NCBI GenBank assembly: GCA_973895155.1
Contig: OZ316893.1
Location: forward strand, 2,624,430 to 2,688,429
DNA: 64,000 bases
Source of the DNA: Marsupella aquatica
Lineage: Eukaryota > Plantae > Marchantiophyta
Direction of reading: 5' to 3'
Below, piece by piece: positions 35,801 through 51,620 of this stretch. Each line of letters opens with the position of its first letter. Position 1 is the stretch's first letter. Both the position numbers and the translations under genes were made by a program. The notes under the pieces were generated by a model. That model had not been told where the DNA came from. It ran no database searches and worked only from the letters and a program-made list of their open reading frames with translations.

Positions 35801-36839
35801 TGGCAGTGTAAAAATAATAATGTTTTGATAAAGACCTAAGATTGATTCCCATTTTTTTATGAGTTTGGAAAATAATTATTTCATCTTCTTGGTAGAATAG
35901 GGTATTATATGGGAGACACTCCTTTCCCCCTATCATTACATTAAAGATACATTAAAAGGGAAAATTAAATTTTAGCTTTTTGAGAAAGAACAAAAGTGCA
36001 AAACTCATTTCACACTAATAAATTATTGTTCAAAATTATCTAAATCCATTTAACTGGAGAGTATTTCTAATTATACATCTATTTCCTTCCAATAACACAA
36101 ACTACTTCAACATCTAATGATTGCATAGACTATTAAATATTCATATGTGACAAAAGGTGTCGTACCTGCTAGGTGTTCACTCACAATTATTATCATCTAG
36201 TTACCATCTACAGTAGGTACCTTATTGTCTTGTTTGCTTTGGTTACACTCATTTGTAACTGATCAAAGGTGGGAATAAAGGTTAACATAAATCCAATGGT
36301 GAGCCAATGTTCCCACCAAATCCCATTTTATAAAGGGTTAACATAATTCCAATGGTGAGCCAATGTTCCCACCAAATCACATTTTATAAAGGAACTTTTT
36401 GGCGGGATCCAGTATTATATATGTAGATGTAGATGATGATGGCTAGTGGCCCCTTGGCTAACTAATTAATTACCCATGATGGCCCAAATACTCTAAGTAT
36501 GTGTATAATTAAATAACAATTTCAGGAAAGAAAACAACAATCAAATTCTCAAGATAAATATCTTAATTGGTACAAATAATAGAAGGCATCCAGTGACAAG
36601 TTCATCATGAGATGAAAAGGGGAAAAAATCCAAAATTAGATTTTATCAAAAAATCAAATAAGAGCTTATCAAAAAATCAAATAAGAGTTTATCAAAAAAT
36701 GGCTCAACTGAAGTCCCATCTACAGTACCTACTGTGGCAAGGGAGTGATAGTTTTGCATGTCCAACCAAACTAGATCAAACATTGGAGCACTTTGTTGGG
36801 GCAATGAAGTTGCTAATAGTATATGGCCCAATCTGCATC

Positions 36840-37060
36840 TTGTAGTAAACATACTAGGTCTGATGGTGTTAAAGTTGTGTTGGAGTTGCCTTGCATTTTG
36901 TTCCTACAAAAGCCTGCAATATAAACAAGGAGTACAAACAGCAAATGATTTTATCATCACCATCCCATTGCCTTGAGTTTATGATTCATGGCAAGGGAGA
37001 ATTTACACTAATGATCATCCCTAGAGCCTCAAGCTGGGACAACGTAATGCTATTTGTTAC
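36840..37060 (-). pseudogene. Decayed duplicate of the last two alpha-carbonic anhydrase exons
   Basis: GTTGGAGTTGCCTTGCATTTTGTTCCTACA (~36878-36908) matches exon 7 and its acceptor (GTTGGAGTGGCCTTGCATTTGGTTCCTACA). AATTTACACTAATGATCATCCCTAGAGCCTCAAGCTGGGA matches exon 6 and its donor. Confidence 0.65.
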
Positions 37061-37219
37061 AACAATATCCCCGACAAAATTAAGGCTACTAGAGGAAACA
37101 CAGTCAAATCTCATCATCAACATTTATTCTGTCATCAAATGCTGCAAATATATGAACAATCCACCAATCCGTATTTTGTCTTACTAAGATTTTTTGTTAT
37201 ATATTTTTACTAGCCCAAT

Positions 37220-38125
37220 ATCTGTAAGTTTGCACAAAAGGTGTTGAGAAAAAATGTTGAGGTGATAAAAATATGTCAAGGTGAAAAACAATGTCAATGA
37301 GAGAAAAAAATGCAGAGGTGAGGAAAATATGCCGAGGAGGGAAAAGATGGCAAGGTGAGAAAAACATGTAAAGATAAGGAAAAGATGTCGAAGAGAGAAA
37401 ATCTATTGAGGATGAGGGAATGATGTCGTGGTGAGATAAAGATGTCAAAGTGAGAAAACAATGGCAAGATGAGAAAAATAAAATATTTCAAGGTGAAAAA
37501 AAAGGTTGAGGAGAGAAAACATTGTCAAGGGTGAGAGAAAAATTTCAAGGGGTGAGAATAAAATATCGTGGTAAGATAAAGATGTCAATGTGAGAAAATA
37601 TTGCGAGATGAGAAAAACATGCCAAGGAAAGAAAAAGACGAGGGAAAAAATGTTGAGGAGAGATCAATATGTGAAGATTAGTAAAAAAATGTCAAGGTAA
37701 GAAAAGATGGCAAGGCGAGACAGGAGATTATAAGCTTTACGATGTAGTTATTGAGAAATGTTTTGTGTGATCACAACCATACACTTCTGTAGTCGTGTTT
37801 AATAACCCATCCTTTGCACATAGAATTTGAGAGGCGAAGTAGCTATCACCGCATCATAGAGTCCAAGCACAATCAATTGACAAGAGAAAATATAATTTTT
37901 TTTAGTTAAATATTTTATAGAAATAATTTTTAATATATTATTTATATTAAAAATTTTCCAAAAAATTCAATGGTTTTTCCAAAATTTCCCAAATTAATAT
38001 TTTTTAGATATGAATCAATATAATTATATTTTAATTAAGTTCTTCATCTTGGGCAGGTGAGGGCATGCTAAAGGGTGTCTTGGACAGACATTTATTTTGG
38101 ATGGGGTATATGGATGGTCATACAT
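37220..38125. repeat. Copy 2 of the purine-rich array element
   Basis: Same array and landmarks as 34990-35800. Confidence 0.7.
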
Positions 38126-39005
38126 CATGGTGACGGTGTGGATCAATTATGATACCCCTAAGTCATTTTTAGAAAAACAATTATAGCAATAATCAAATGA
38201 TAACATATATGCATTTTATAATTAAAAACACCCTACATAATTTTCATTGATAGCTTAATAAACTTTTTGCAAAAATGATTAAAATGATCCTATACTCTGT
38301 CACAAGTGTTGTGTCACTTCCATGGAAACAACCTTAAGATCATCACAAGGTACATCACTTGTATGATTTATATTTTAAATTATTTTGGAAACCCTCTGAT
38401 AATTTATTTTTATTCTGCTATCCTAGAGCTCTCCCACTACCACAAGTTTGCAATGCAAGGCGTCCACCCCCTTTAGCAGCTTTTGTGGAATTTCTGCCAA
38501 TTGTAGTGGATGAGAGAGCGGGTGAGAGAGAGAATTGATTGAGATGTGATGATTATTTTCTCTCTCATCCATTATTTAGAATCACCTTATCCTTTAGCTT
38601 TGGTCGTAGACACTTAAACAGAGGAACTACTTTACTGTTGAAAGTCAAAATTAATATACAACAAAGTGAACTGGGATAAAATACAAGTTTCAATCCTTAA
38701 CATTCATTCTTAATGGGTACATATATTTAAGGAAACTGCACACCATTGTAGGTATATTAAGAAAATTTCCCATATTGTCCTCAAGAAGAGTTCTTGTAGT
38801 AAGATAGCACTACTTAACAAATATTAACTAAAACATTTGATGGAGGATTGAGTTGCTCTATCGAGCTCACTGGGCCACATTGAACTGCTTGTCTCCAATA
38901 ACCACAGTAATGCAGTGCAGAATTCTTTAAAAACCTACTAAGTAATTTGGCAGTTCCAACATTTCTTCATAACTGCAACTATTGAATTTAATCTAGAAAC
39001 TGCTG

Positions 39006-42000
39006 TCAATAGAACTCAACACTTGCAATGTTTTGTTGGAGTGGCCTTGCATTTGGTTCCTACACCCACACAGATCAATGCACCGGCTGAAGTTAAGAAT
39101 ATTCATAAAAAATTTAACGGAAGAAAATAAAGTTTATGGGTAAACTGTAAATATGCTTGGCATTAATAGTGAGGGCAATAGATGATAGTATGGTTAGAAA
39201 CTAAACAATGCCATGGTACATATTACTATGGCAAGGTAAAACTTACACTCATAATTGCCTTGAGAGCATCCAGCTGGGATTCTGAAACCGTATTCCACTA
39301 AACACATCAAGAAACAATATTAGTTTACTGGAAAAAGCATACACAAAACAAGGAAATGAATCCAGCAATTTCCAACAATATAATATCATATCATTTGAAC
39401 ATAAATCTTCAAAGATCTTTTAGATGTTGGAGCGTTTGGGCTGTGATGATTATTTTCATTTGTCAGTCACTACTTGATGGCTAAGAGACATATCTGGTTA
39501 TAATCATTAATCAAATGGCTAGGATTGTAGTGTGAACATTGCTCTTAATGGGTTGTAGACAAGTTACCCACTTCTTGTAAGTTAGAGTAAAACAATATTA
39601 CTAGAGCTACTATTAGGTCTTCCCCTACTCTTACTCCACAAACTCATAAATAGCTCTTGACTTTTTATTGCGAAGTAGCTCATCAGCAACTAACTACTGT
39701 AATTTGGCTTGGAGTGTAAGCCAGAATAAATGAATAAAATTAGCAATAATCACAGAGTCAGAGTTGATCGAAAAGTAAGTGTACATTAAATATCGACATA
39801 GTACCTGAGAAAGTTCAACTGTCCATGACACATTTTGAGTGCAAGGAGGTGTTGTGAGAGACCCTGGATAGCGAGCATAAGTGGGACCAATATGAAGCTT
39901 GTTGAAGTCCAAGGGCCCAATACTCACATTTGCACCCTTATTGGGTACAAGTGGCAGACTATCCCAGAACTGTCACATGAATTGCTCTTGTTAGATCGAA
40001 TGTGCTTCCATAACATTCAACTTCAATTCAGTGACTGAATATAGTAAGTCCATGGATGATGATTTCACTGAGGGACATGCAAGTTATGCATGATACATAA
40101 TTAGGACTATTCAGTAAACTTGCTACTTTGAAGAGAGTTTCTCTTGTCTCAAATGCAACTTATACGTAGTACAAGTTAAAAGCAATTGTACAAGAAGCAG
40201 ATAGATGATTACTTCAAAAGGGACTTGGACAACAGGGGGGAGAACTGAACCAGATCATGCTGAGAGTTTCTTCAAAGACATGCACAAAATTGTTTGGCTT
40301 GTGGGTCTCATTATTGGCCCCTTTTCCCCCAAAACACAAGTTTCAAAAAGTTTTTGGCTTAGAGCTGGACAGTGACACAAAGGTATATTCAGGAAGTCCC
40401 AAGGAAGACAGTTTTTACCTGATCAAGGAAGTGACCACTGCAACTCTTCCAGAAGACTACGCCAATGGCTGCCAGCTTTTTGCCATCTGGGGTTTGATGC
40501 ACCAAGTGCATCTCCAAAGGAAACCTGCAGTGGATTATTTTTATGCTACCTTGGGAAAATGCGACAAAAGAAAATAAACTCTCACATTTCTTCCATTCCA
40601 TACCACATCAATCATACTACAAATAAATAAATTGGATTGCCCAAAACTGGGTTATTTGTAGGAGAAGTTTGTGTTGAAAGTGGTGGCAATTCCCTCAGCA
40701 AAGAAGACCATGTGCCGCATACTGAAGGACAGGTCGCATTGACTTTCCTCTAAGTATCCTACAGTTTTCCTATATAGCGTACTCATCCTGGAACATGAAA
40801 AGTTATTTTGTCCTCTAGCAAAAAGTTTAAGTTTTTTAGTGAAATACAGGTGATCTAATTTTTACGGACCCCACTAGAGATCCCTTCCAAAATTCTTGGC
40901 ACCACAGCGTGCCATGTCAACAACAACCGCAACAAACAAGACTCGTCGGTTTTATAAATCAAATTTATAGTTTTTATTCATGTTTGTGTCAATTTGGGTG
41001 TAAATTTTGGGATGCCATGCCGTAAAAAGAAAAGTAAAAACATTGGAAATGCAAAGAGCAAGACTATTAAAACTATCACTATGTAACCATTTTAGTTACA
41101 TTTCCAATTTTAAAACTTAAATTCAAAGATTTATAAAAAGTATTTATCATATAATAAATAATGAATAATAACTAACTTGATAACTTCCTTGTTAAACCGC
41201 AACTCCCGGTATGTAAGGACCTCTCGTATTGTACGGCCATTAATGCTGGGAAGAGCACATTGAAACCCAGGATCGGGGAAGAGGAATGGCTGGAATCTTG
41301 AAAGTTCATCAAATTTTATACTCAAAACTATTTACTCATTCTCAAAACAAAAATACCCAGTCGTAGATCTCATTGAGATCTTTCTTTTGCACCCTAGATC
41401 GCCTTCTAACATGGATGAATAAGATTTGTAGAGGCATTACAAAATGGACGGCAAAGATCGTTAAATCAACAAAATCGACGGCTAGGAAGGCTTGGATTTG
41501 TTTAATGTTTCATTTGAATTTTTTTAACCCATTTGCAAAACGGACAGAACCCATCTATAGATCTATTTGAGATCTTTCTTTTGAGCCATAGATTGGTCAT
41601 TATGATGGATGGACAAGATTTCCGGAGATAAGAAATGGAGACGGCTCAGATCGACTCTTCCTCCTGATTTTATTAGCCAAGGGGTCCACGAACTAATTTT
41701 GTGGAAAATATAAATAGGACATTGATTAGGAAGGTTGACATTGAAAAGTTGTGCACATAAGGTACAAAAATAAAAGTACACATGTAAAGAAAAGTAATAA
41801 TGAACAGGAAAAATTTAAGTCTATGATATTGGGTTATGTACATACTATACACCAGTAAAGATATTTATGTACTTATTTTAGGTAATGACACTCAAATGAA
41901 TTAAAACCTAAATTTAGGACACAAAACCATGAATAGAACTTAAAGACATGAAGAGTGCACTTTAATTAGATCTTTTCTTCTTCACTAAGGGCTAGAACTT

Positions 42001-44059
42001 CCGTGAGCTTTGTTAATAAAGGGTGTATGATCAAAAGTATAGCAAAGATTGAAAAATTTAGAGGGGTGCCAGATTAAATTCAAAATCTAAAGTATACAAG
42101 GGATGCACCTTGGTAAGACACATTGAATTAAAATACACACGAAAAGAAATTTGAATAAGACAGAATACTGGAAGATGGATTCACCATATAGCACTTTCAT
42201 GTTGAAAGTGGTGGCAATTCCCTCAGCAAAGAAGACCATGTGCTGCATACTGAAGGACAGGTCACATTGACTTTCCTCTAAGTATCCTACAGTTTTCCTA
42301 CAATAATTCGATTATCTATGCTCAAGTTCAGAGGATACTTTGGTGGCAGTAGTGATCACTTTGCAATACTACAATCATTTTAGTTTCTCAATCAGCTTGC
42401 TCTTGCTTGTAATGTTAGTCTTGCTTACACCTCCATGACATGATGTGATTCATTAAGGGCGGGATAAGGGCGGGATAAGGGCGGGATTAAGGGTCTAGTT
42501 TAGGGTAACTATCAATCTCAATCCTCAAGTTACAATTACTACCAGCGTTTGCCCTGAGTTCACATGATTACAGCGTCGAGTTGTAATCATTTTCATGGCC
42601 ATGTAAACGTTTATGAAAGGTTTGGTACGTACCTGACACTGTTGATGACATGCTCGCTAGGAGTGTGGAAATGCAATTGCTTTAGATCATAATGGTCATT
42701 ATCGAGCACTAAGCTCCCAGCACCTGCCTCTAAATTCACCTGCGGAAGGAACCGAAAGAGCTCTAGTACATTGTTTACTGTGAATTACATTCAATGTGAG
42801 TATTAAATCAGAGTGGCATGTGAAGTATTTTGGCCAATATATTTCAATTGTTGTGCACTGAAAATTATGGCGGGCCACTCTAATTCAAGGGCATCAAGGA
42901 ACCTACACATCAAATAGTGTGTCTTCAGCTTACTATACTACTAGCTATGAAACTGGCCCGAAATCTGCTGCATCAATCTACTTTTGTAGAATAAACACGT
43001 TGTACAGATTGAAGAGAATTCAAGGAGTTTCTAATTTCTGGATAGCAACACGTTAGTCAGTTAGAGACAGAAAAATAAAAATGAGGAGTTTCCAATGAAA
43101 ATATTACTCCTCATTTCTCATTATTTCGTAAGTCTACATGAAATTCTTTAATACTTTCTTGGTCACGTATCAACTGAACAAAGACAGTATACCTGAACTG
43201 TGTGGCCCATATTGATGAGAACGCCGTTGGCAGTTTTATACATGTACTCCAAATTGCCAAGAGATTGATTGATTGGCATATGTGAGATGTTGATGGCAAC
43301 GGGCGATTGCTCCTTCCCATCCTTGCACAGCTGCCATTGGGGACTGAGAGTACCCCACATGTCCGGCCCAGATGGGCTTCCTGGGGCGTAGCTGTAGGAT
43401 GGCATGCCACCTAATACGCATAATTATTAAACAAAATAAACAGTGAGTCAAACCGGGAGTCCAAGAACAGTTCTAGTAGTAGTGATTGGTTTCCCATTTA
43501 AATAAGTTCATCATCTTGGTGATATAGTGGTCGAGGGTACTACCGTGTACCAACACCTAGACATTTCATTACAAATCTGAAACCCTCCGATAGTCGAGTT
43601 CTCAAACTATGTTTGAAATAGATGGCAATTAACACTGGTGAAGGCATGTTCTGTTTAGACTAGACTGTCTAATTATATTTGGTGACTATCTAATCTATAT
43701 GTAGACGACTACTTAATGCCTTCCGCATAAATTTTCTTTGTACTTTGTAGTGCAATAATCTGGCGTAATGCTCTAGGCAAAAATGTGAACTTCCTTGGTA
43801 CGTTTTCAGCTACCGAGCTTTCCAAAAATAAGAAGAACCAAGTCAGGTTCCAAGCAACCGAAAGCCCTTTCATGATGGCAAATTCTGGTATAAAGCTTGA
43901 GAGCTCTACTGTACCACTAGTGGTGGGTGCTCTACTTCAACTCTGTAAGTAAACAAACCTGCACCCCACCTGCACCACCATACCTGCAAGAATTGTCAAA
44001 GGATGATGAAGGAATATTTGAGCGCCTATAATGAAGAGGGTCACTAGCCAACCCGCCAT
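39006..44059 (-). CDS. Secreted alpha-carbonic anhydrase, 7 exons
   Basis: Exons 44059-43984, 43410-43193, 42739-42633, 40524-40419, 39969-39805, 39297-39247 and 39059-39006 splice in frame. Signal peptide MAGWLVTLFIIGAQIFL; motifs GP.MWG, QSPVAI, NMGHTVQ, QLHFHTPSEH, EMHLVH (Zn ligands), YPGSLTTPPC, NARPLQ. Confidence 0.93.
40672..42300. repeat. 101-bp direct repeats (40672-40772, 42200-42300) flanking a ~1.4 kb segment in carbonic anhydrase intron 3
   Basis: TGTTGAAAGTGGTGGCAATTCCC...CAGTTTTCCTA twice, with only two transition differences. Confidence 0.9.
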
Positions 44060-45314
44060 TCTCCGATTGTTATGTAGTCCTACAACACTGGCTTGAATCA
44101 GCAGTATCTCGAGCAGGTATCCAACCAGCTTAGTACCAAGTGTCTGTGAAAGTAAGCTTTGAGATCGAGGTCCACGTCTAGTGCTGTATATTAACGATGA
44201 AGGTCCTTGACCCACCTCAACAAGCTTTATATAAGAATTCATATATAGAGGAACTCATATTTGACTGCAAATTACCTGGGCAGGTGGGCAATCCCTGTCC
44301 TGGATTGCGTTATTGCATGTGAATTGTGTGATGGCCATAACTGAAGGCAGTTCAAATTTGACCCAAGCCATGTGTGAGCTCATGAATGGTCTAAGGTACT
44401 ATTGTGGCAAACGTTAGGTCCCCAGATTGTGCTCACATGGAAAATTCTGGGAGTTTGCAATTGTTAGGTCCCCACATCGAGCTCACAAGTAAAATTTGGT
44501 ATGTACATACATAGTCTAATAGTTGGGCATGTGCTAGCATGTGCCACGTAGCACAGTACACCGTATGTTCTGCTTATTGATGTGCATTTACTGTGTTTAA
44601 GGCACCCTTAAGTTTTGAAATTTCTTTTTGGGCTCTCTAAATTGCCCTCCCTCAGTCGGAGAGAAGTTTGTCTGTTCATATTATTTTACTATCTTCCAGA
44701 CCACATAGTATTTTCCTGCTTTCTTGTATCATGCTTTCTAAAACGTTATGTACGTTATTAAAAAATTGCTTCTATTTTATACTCAGAGAACTCACTTTTG
44801 TGTTCTTATAGACTTGGATAACAGATTTTGGAGCAGACTTTTGCAGTCCTGCTATTTCTTGCTATCGAAACACTACAATTTGCAATCCTGCTATTTCTTG
44901 CTCATGGTCTATAATTTGTAAAATGTCATTTTGGCTGGAAACCTCCCTGGCCATTGGGTATATAGTGACACCTGTTCCTCACCATGAGATTGAGCTAAAG
45001 GTATTAGCATGCATCCGTTCCACCACCAACTAGTCAATGTCCTGCAAAAGTACACATATTGAAATCCAGTTGCTCGCCAATTCACCACCTCCTAACAGTG
45101 TCCTGGGCAGTGTCCCGATATATGGAGTTGTCCATTGCACTTATTAAAAATGCTTCTGACTTATTCATTGTAGTAACTGATCAATGCAAGACTTGTGCTC
45201 TATTTTAAAGATCAGCAATGCATTCATGAATTTTTCTTTGGTGACTTCTATTTGCAATTATAGGTAATACATTTTTTGGTGCATTTACAAAAGAAATCAT
45301 TACAATGATTTGGG

Positions 45315-45658
45315 TGTTAGGCATTTACTCTTAAGTCTAGGGTTACAAGTGTAACTAGTTAGGGCTGATCTCAGTCGCGTACTAGGTTAGGTTAATAACT
45401 AGGTTGCACATTATATCCCAAATGGTTTTTGCTTGGATAGGAGGAACTCAGGCTCATAGCCATGAGCCAATTGAGAGATAGAGAAATCTTGTATTGCGGA
45501 AACTCGGTATGACCGACTGGCCTAGAGTGCAGTAAAGCTCTCGTGTGTGCAAGTGTACATAACATCAGTTGAGGTGAACCACATATCTTTCTATATCAAT
45601 TACTTGTGCGTTTGATGGTTCATGGACTTGCCGTTGTGAATGTTATCTATACTCAACA
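45315..45658 (+). mobile_element. Old, diverged solo LTR related to the 1289/4367 LTR family
   Basis: TGTTAGGCATTTACTCTT...CTATACTCAACA. It shares GCAGTAAAGCTCTC, GAGGTGAACCAC and GATGGTTCATGG.CTTGCCGTTG with the young LTRs. Near-TSD TTGGG/TTGGC. Confidence 0.8.
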
Positions 45659-46129
45659 TTGGCTTACAACTACCCACAGAATACACTTATGTTTACAACA
45701 CATTGTACAGTGAACTGTGTGTAAGTGTAGGCTCCCAAGAAGAGACCACCAGCTAACACTTGTCAACTGAATGTAATATGCTATAAGTGCATGGGACATT
45801 ATTATTTTATGCTTTTCTATATATGTGCATGGTCTGCACTATCTAAGAAGTGCATGGGTATTCACTTCCCTTTTGTGTTGTTGGGTCACACTCTTTGGTC
45901 TACTCAATCTATACCCCAAGCTCTCATAATGCACATTTGAATGCATGCAACTACTTTCTGTAGGTCTTTGCTGCACTTATTAATAAACTCTTCTTATTAA
46001 TGTATGCATTGTTATAGTTGACACATCCATGTGCACACTTATAGATGAAAATGCACTTTAGTATTTGTTTAGTACCAATATTTTGTCATTTAGTGAAGCT
46101 AGGTCCATTGCACTCATGCAAACTCCATT

Positions 46130-46465
46130 TTCTGGGTGCATTTAAAAAGAAAATCCTTGTAATATTAGGGGACTACTGGATTTCTTGCACTTATGCAAAT
46201 TGCATTTTTTGGTGCATTTAAAAAGAAAACCCTTGTAATATTAGAGGACAACTTTCATTGTTTAGGGTCCATCCTCACTTATGCAAACCCCTATGCAAAC
46301 TACGTAATTTAAACAGAAAATCCTTCTAACATTAGAGGACAACATTGTTGGCCCACACTTATGCAAACTACATAATTGTTTGGTGCATTTAAAAAGAAAA
46401 TCCTTGTAATATTAGAGGACTAATGGATTGCTTGCACTTATGCAAATTGCATTTTTTGGTGTGTT
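46130..46465. repeat. Degenerate tandem repeat (GGTGCATTTAAAAAGAAAATCCTTGTAATATTAGAGGAC...CACTTATGCAAA), about 4 units; related sequence at ~45277
   Basis: Directly visible repeated units. Confidence 0.75.
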
Positions 46466-46837
46466 TTACTAATAAATTCTTGTCATACTACAGGACCACA
46501 TGGTTGGCCCGCACTAATCTACTGAATGAAAATCCACTGAATGCACTTATCAGGATGCACTTATACATAGTTCACCAGAATTCTTGTTAGGAATAAAGGT
46601 TACCGGTGTGTAACCTATCAGGAATAAAGGTTGGAATAAAGGTTACACAGAAATAAAAGTTGCTCGTGTGTAATCTTTTCTACTAGATGCTACCATTTCC
46701 ATAACCCTGTGTCCCGGAAAGTATTATCCAGTAATCTTGTTTCTGGGCAAGTATTAGGGAGAGGGTAATGACAGTATAGGGTGTAACCTGGCAATATTTT
46801 CTCACTTTCCTGTCACATGGTTACAAACTAACCTCAT

Positions 46838-46997
46838 ACTAAACTGTCATTACCCTATAAGTAATTGTAATCTGGACCGGGATAATTACAAACTAGTAAC
46901 CCATACTAAACCGTCCTTAACTTATAAGTAATTGTAATCGACAAACTAGTAAACGCGTACTAAACCGTCATTACCCTGTAAGTAATTGTAATCCGGA
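46838..46997. repeat. Three-copy ~60-bp repeat (ACTAAAC.GTC....C.TATAAGTAATTGTAATC) upstream of FtsH
   Basis: Units at ~46838, ~46904 and ~46958. Confidence 0.75.
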
Positions 46998-47443
46998 CTG
47001 GCATGAGGGGAGAGCACAGGAGCCCATATGGGTATTCGGCCTTGTAATGAAGGAGCGAGCAGCCAAGGTCAGCTTCCCACCAGCGAGCAGAATGATGATA
47101 ATCCCACAAAAGTGTGGCCACAAGCTGGGCACGCCATAGCCTCCCCACGCTTCGTGTCTCCTCCTGAAGGCAGCACAGTCATCAGAGCACCCAGAACCGC
47201 GGAACCTGGCTCCCGATGGTAGAAGGGCTCGACTACTGGCACAGCAAACAGCAGCTTCGAGCTTCAACTAGTAGTAAAGCAAATTCGCAATTCTCAATCC
47301 ATCGGCTGAATCGTCTTTCTCTGTAGTTTTGGATTTCAGGAGCACTCGAATTGGCGAGTGGTAGAAGCACATTGATGTGGGTGGAGTGCAGGAGCCAAGG
47401 CCTGTGAAGAGAATTTTGAGAAACCGGCGCAGAGAGAGGAGTG

Positions 47444-50378
<2,935 letters not shown>

Positions 50379-51620
50379 ATTTTCCCCTCCCACATGGCAC
50401 TCGAAGTGGAGAAATAGGATGGCCACATGTACACTAATTGTAATTTGTTATCCACATGCAATTTGAAGTCTTTGATGATATATATACATGGAAGATGCAG
50501 AGTACACGATTTGGAAAAGTTATGGATGTCTGGTGCTGACAATGAAATTGTAGTGTAGCTCCTTGTTTTTCGTAGTTGCCGTCCTGGATTCTGTAATAAC
50601 AGTCCGCACTGGAGACAGTAGATAATGACGATTGTGATCATGGTCTAACTCAGTCACCGGCAGACCAAGAAGTATTCGGATGTTTAATGGTTATTTTCCG
50701 TGATATGTCGCCAAATCCAAGAAACCTTCTTGTAAACTTCGCCAACCAGCCTTGCTCCTTGCCAATATTTCTACTGTGCCAAGAGTAGAACATGTGGTCA
50801 GGTGTAGAAGTCCTATCGGTAAATATCGATCCAGCCCGCTGCAGTAGTTCTTAAGGGAAGATATGTCACCAACTTCGGCTGAGATGATATTAGTCTAAGT
50901 ATGCCTTCTCGAACATTCAATAGGAATAAGGGCACCAACAAAAACCGTTTTCCAATGCACGAAACCTGAAAATAAGGATTCAAACAGCCTGAGACGAAGA
51001 ATTTGGAAACGTATCTGCCCACAACTTCCTGTGCATCGTTTATGGGCGATCCTGCGTTCATTCGCTTAGATAGTATTGTGTTCGAACGCTTACACAATCA
51101 ATGGTCATCAGGAATTTCATGAGCTGTCAACAAAACAACAAACACCGTCATGTTTAATCGCAGATCGAGAACATGTTGTCATATTTAATCACAGATCGAG
51201 TACGTGTGCATTCGCTCAGAGTGGTCGCTTTAAATACTACTTGGTTTGGTTGGCACCTATCCCACCCAATCTATCTAGACTTTGATTTAACAGTACTTGA
51301 TCAATTCTGGGATCAGTCGACGAGGTTTCTACAGAGAATTTTTCTAGCTAAGTAGCTTGAGCAGTAATCTGGCAATTGAAACTTCGAACCCCAATTTTGT
51401 TACAGTGCTGCCACAGCTTGCCGCACACCTTCCAGGACGGTCGTGCTTCAATTTTTTTGTACAGCTCCGATCCTTCATGTAAAATCCTCAGAAACGCCGG
51501 AAAGAACTCTCACGTGAAGCAGGTGAGATGAGGAGTCCCGGCGGCACCAACCCCAGCAACTCAAGGACTTCGAACGTTTCTCCTTTGACGACATTCGCCT
51601 CGACCTCTGGCTTATCTCCT

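Noticed and set aside
27058-36390. Short two-copy duplications (~27058-27107, ~27820-28020, ~34037-34089, ~36278-36390)
   Set aside because: Ordinary slippage or repair duplications with no further structure.
34977-37491. Phe/Ser/His-rich minus-strand ORFs
   Set aside because: Translations of the purine-rich repeat array.
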